Below are positions 60,613 to 64,000 of a DNA stretch of 64,000 bases, in pieces. Position 1 is the first letter of the stretch. Every line of letters begins with the position of its first letter. Under the pieces are notes generated by a model that saw nothing but the letters and a program-made list of their open reading frames with translations, was not told where the DNA came from and ran no database searches. The stretch is from NCBI GenBank assembly GCA_012026655.1, contig JAAILG010000592.1, positions 1-64,000 on the forward strand, written 5' to 3'. This DNA is from Hydrolagus affinis. Taxonomy: Eukaryota. The translations under genes and the position numbers were made by a program.

Positions 60613-63600
60613 TTACAACAACAAAATTAAGGTACAGTACCTGCATAATCGCCTTTCACGTCAGGAGGAGGAGGCTTGAACCACTGAATTGATGTGACAA
60701 TACATTAAAAATGTGTGTTTGACTCCACATTAGCCATGGAATAAACAATTTAATCTGGAGGAAATGAGGACTCCTCTCTTTGTCACATAGGTTTTTAATG
60801 CCCAATGAGTGCTGTATTAGCTGATCAAGATAGGGTAATGTAATGGGATTTTCAACTATCCACCTGAAGAACTGCCAGAAGCAATCCGAGTTTAACATCT
60901 CACTTGACTGCTTTTCTGCCTCTTGGTTTATCTCCACAACTTTGCTCCATATGCATTATGGGATAAACAAAGTGATGTACAGTACCCATTTGTTTTAAAA
61001 AGAGCAAACTGGAATGATAAGAAAATAAATTATAATCCTTGCATTTCATTTAGCATTGTTCATGTCAAAGCGTTTACTGTAAAGTGGCATAACTATTTTT
61101 GTGGGTGAACACTAGCTAATTTGCACCCGGCAATGTGTGCAAACAGACAAAAAGTCATGAAACAGATGACCAATTTTATTTCGCGGATTGTTGGCCAGGA
61201 CACCATGATAAATTCCCTTCTCAAGCATATAGTTGAGCAAATGTACCTGGGTATCTGGCGAACATCTTGTTTTTCTTGGTGGAGCTGTCCAACAGCCTAA
61301 ACAAAGTAATGCATGCCTCTGAATCAAAAGCAGTTTATGAGTTCAAATTGCATTTCAGGATTGCAGACCTTAACAATGGTTGGCAATAGTAAGGCAAAAC
61401 ACTTCTTTTAACTGCTCCAAAATTCCTATTGTTTACTGGTTAGGTACTTGTTTCCAGTTATTTCTAACAGAATTGGATATTCCTAGATAAAAGAATTGGA
61501 ATGTAGAATTGGAAGAGTTTTGAGTTTATTAAAAATTACTCCTTTTTATATCTCGTGCATCTATAATATATGTATTGTCAGTTGGTATCTATTGTCAGTT
61601 AGATATTATCTAATGTCTTGGCACTGGCTTCTTCATGTCCCCTGAACTGTCCGCCCCACCATTAGCAGTTGACCCTTCAGCCTTTCTGACCGCCAGCTTT
61701 GGCCATGTATTCGGTCATCTTCCCACCCCCAACCCCGTTGCCTCTTACTCTGCTTGAGTCGTAGTCAAGATGCAAACCCTCTACTGTCCAACATCTTGCC
61801 AGACAGTAGTATCAGCGGAAAGCTGGTTAGACTCCAGCAGTAGCTGGAGAAGCTGTGGTTCCCAAGCCTCGACTCTTGCTAACCTGTGCCTAATACTTTC
61901 CGAAATTAGATAAGCCAATAAATATGGCCCCTCCAGGGAGAGCATGCCCATTCCATTCCAACAATCTAACTCTGGAATTTGCATAATTAGGTGGGATGCA
62001 TGGAATTCTCATTCTTATTTACTCGTAAGGTTATTTTCTAAACCTGGCGATGCACTTTTGAATTGTAGAATTCTAGAAGCTTTCTATTACAAACTGTATG
62101 CCAAATTTGTAGAGGTAGCTGTTTCATTCATGTGTAAAATTCAATTTCTGTGGGTTTTACTTGAGGGTCTGAATACATAATCACTGGTTGTATAACAACC
62201 AAAAGGGTAATTGCTGTGTTTTGGAATGCTTCACTGTGGTTGCTTATATTTTAAGCTACTTATTTGTTTCGTTCAATTGAGCTAAGTAACATCTCCTTTC
62301 CATGGAAAGTTGGTGTGCATCTCTTCAATGATAATACATGCAACTGAAAGCTCTTCTAGTCAATGGAAGAAATGTAAATGATGCAGAGTATAAACCAATT
62401 TGTGCAATTCTTAATTAGATTTTTCTCCTTGTTTTTAAGCGATGTCCTTTCAGAACGTGGGCTTTGTCTTGCTGGAATTTTCCATGCTAATGTATGACTT
62501 CATGGTTCAACCAATTTGGATTTAATTTATGGAATACTCCTGTAATATTAGGTACCACTCATGTGCATCATTAGTGTTCCTCTTATGATTAGGAAAGCAA
62601 TGCATGATTTTATCACTTTATCATTTTATCAAACTGCAGGCAGGCTTCTTATGTAAGTGATGTCATAAAAGATAGACTTTTAACTAAATACTTTTTTTTA
62701 GCATTTTAAATGGCATTATTATCCAGGGAATGTAATTTGAAACAGTCTGTAACATCGTGACTTCTATGTCTCATTGTTTGCTCCTGGATCTAGTGGATCA
62801 TTTACTAAGAAAAGACTGCACTAGTAATTTAAAAGCGGGTATCAACATGTTTACTTCTAAGTCTATTACTGTGCTGGATGTCAAAATTGGAGAATTGATA
62901 ATATATATTAAACAGGAGTTTCTCAAACACAAGAGATTGTCAATATTTGCTCATTGTTAGACATGTATTGGGATCCCAACAGGTGCAGGATCACAGGTGA
63001 GCCATCAAATGACCCTGGCTAGGAATTTGAGCTTGGGGCAGACTGATTGGGCCTTTTATTGGAGTGAAAGGGGGAGAGGATAAAGTCATTATTTTCAAGT
63101 TATTTGTATTCCATCTTATTTAAAGGAAAATGTAACTATAAGGTGAGTTCTTATCTGCATAAACCTTGATTTGATGTCCATCTCAGGGCTTGTCTGTGCA
63201 TTGCCATGTATCCACATCCTTGAGTAAACATTTAGAACTGATAAAATACCTGGTGGGGGGAGAATGGATGGAATCTTGGATTTTCAAACACTATTGTCAG
63301 AACATATGTGCCAAAAGACCCCCAGGGATCTGCTAATATTTACAGAAAAGGGTGAATGAGATGGGGCCTGCTAAGATGCTTGTTGCAGTCTCTAGAAGAG
63401 GTAATTGGATCTGGTGTGTTCAGTACTTATATAACATTTTTTTCCCCTGAGATTGATATTTTATGTTCAAGATTGCAATGAATAAAAATACAAAAGTGGG
63501 ATCTGGTTATTTATGTACCACTGAATTCTATTCTTTAATATACACAGAATTATTCAGAAAAGTAGAATTGGCAGAGAATTCAAAACCAAGGTTGACACAA

Positions 63601-64000
63601 CTATAGGGTAGGAGGTGATAATAATCCTTGCATTTGATATAGTGCCTCATCATGTCTTTGAGACATCTCAAAGCGTTCACAGTATATACCGTAAAATGAA
63701 TTGAATGTGTATTTTGCAGACAAACACAGCAACTTCAAGGCAATTCTAATTGTTATAGGGTTATTGTGAGTGAAGTTAGTAATGTTCTTTTGTCTGTAAA
63801 TGCCTGTTCTGTTTTAATATCTGCTATTCAAATCAGGTTTGCTAATGTGGTAGAGATGGTGCTAAATTCCAGTATGCAGTCATTGGGTGTTTGATAACCC
63901 CTGGGGTGTGCAACTGTACAAGGGCACAAAAGTAACCAGGCACAGCGGCTTCCTGGTGGCAGGGGATAAGGATTCTGCTTGTCGGAATATTTGGGAGTCT

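Noticed and set aside
59487-64000. Candidate second exons of the Myb/SANT gene (acceptors near 61802, 62439, 63836)
   Set aside because: In the required phase they hit stops within a few to ~30 codons and show no recognisable domain; not supportable without transcripts.

Overview
Eukaryotic (vertebrate) genomic DNA. The repeat content (L2 LINEs with (TTG)n tails, tRNA/Deu-domain SINEs, LF-SINE-like relics, CR1 tails, a Penelope-type palindrome) points to a cartilaginous fish, probably a holocephalan; this is inference. Three genes can be read. (1) The 5' part of ARHGAP5 (p190-B RhoGAP) lies on the minus strand: CpG-island promoter at ~19.2-20.3 kb, a 3.9-kb exon (13920-17814) ending in a GC donor, and a 148-nt exon (12951-13098); later exons were not found and probably lie left of the window. 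(2) A complete 11-exon NUBPL/Ind1 (minus, 58483-43983, ~311 aa) was reconstructed exon by exon with in-phase GT-AG junctions. (3) A Myb/SANT-like (trihelix, Harbinger-type) DNA-binding gene starts at 58958 on the plus strand, head-to-head with NUBPL. The most notable unexplained structure is a ~420-bp palindromic insertion at 21016-21433. It has a 14-bp target-site duplication and carries a minimal Penelope-type hammerhead ribozyme core, ~0.8 kb upstream of the ARHGAP5 promoter. Most short ORFs in the track are noise or repeat-derived. Repeat family names are from recalled consensus sequences, not from a database search, and repeat boundaries are approximate.
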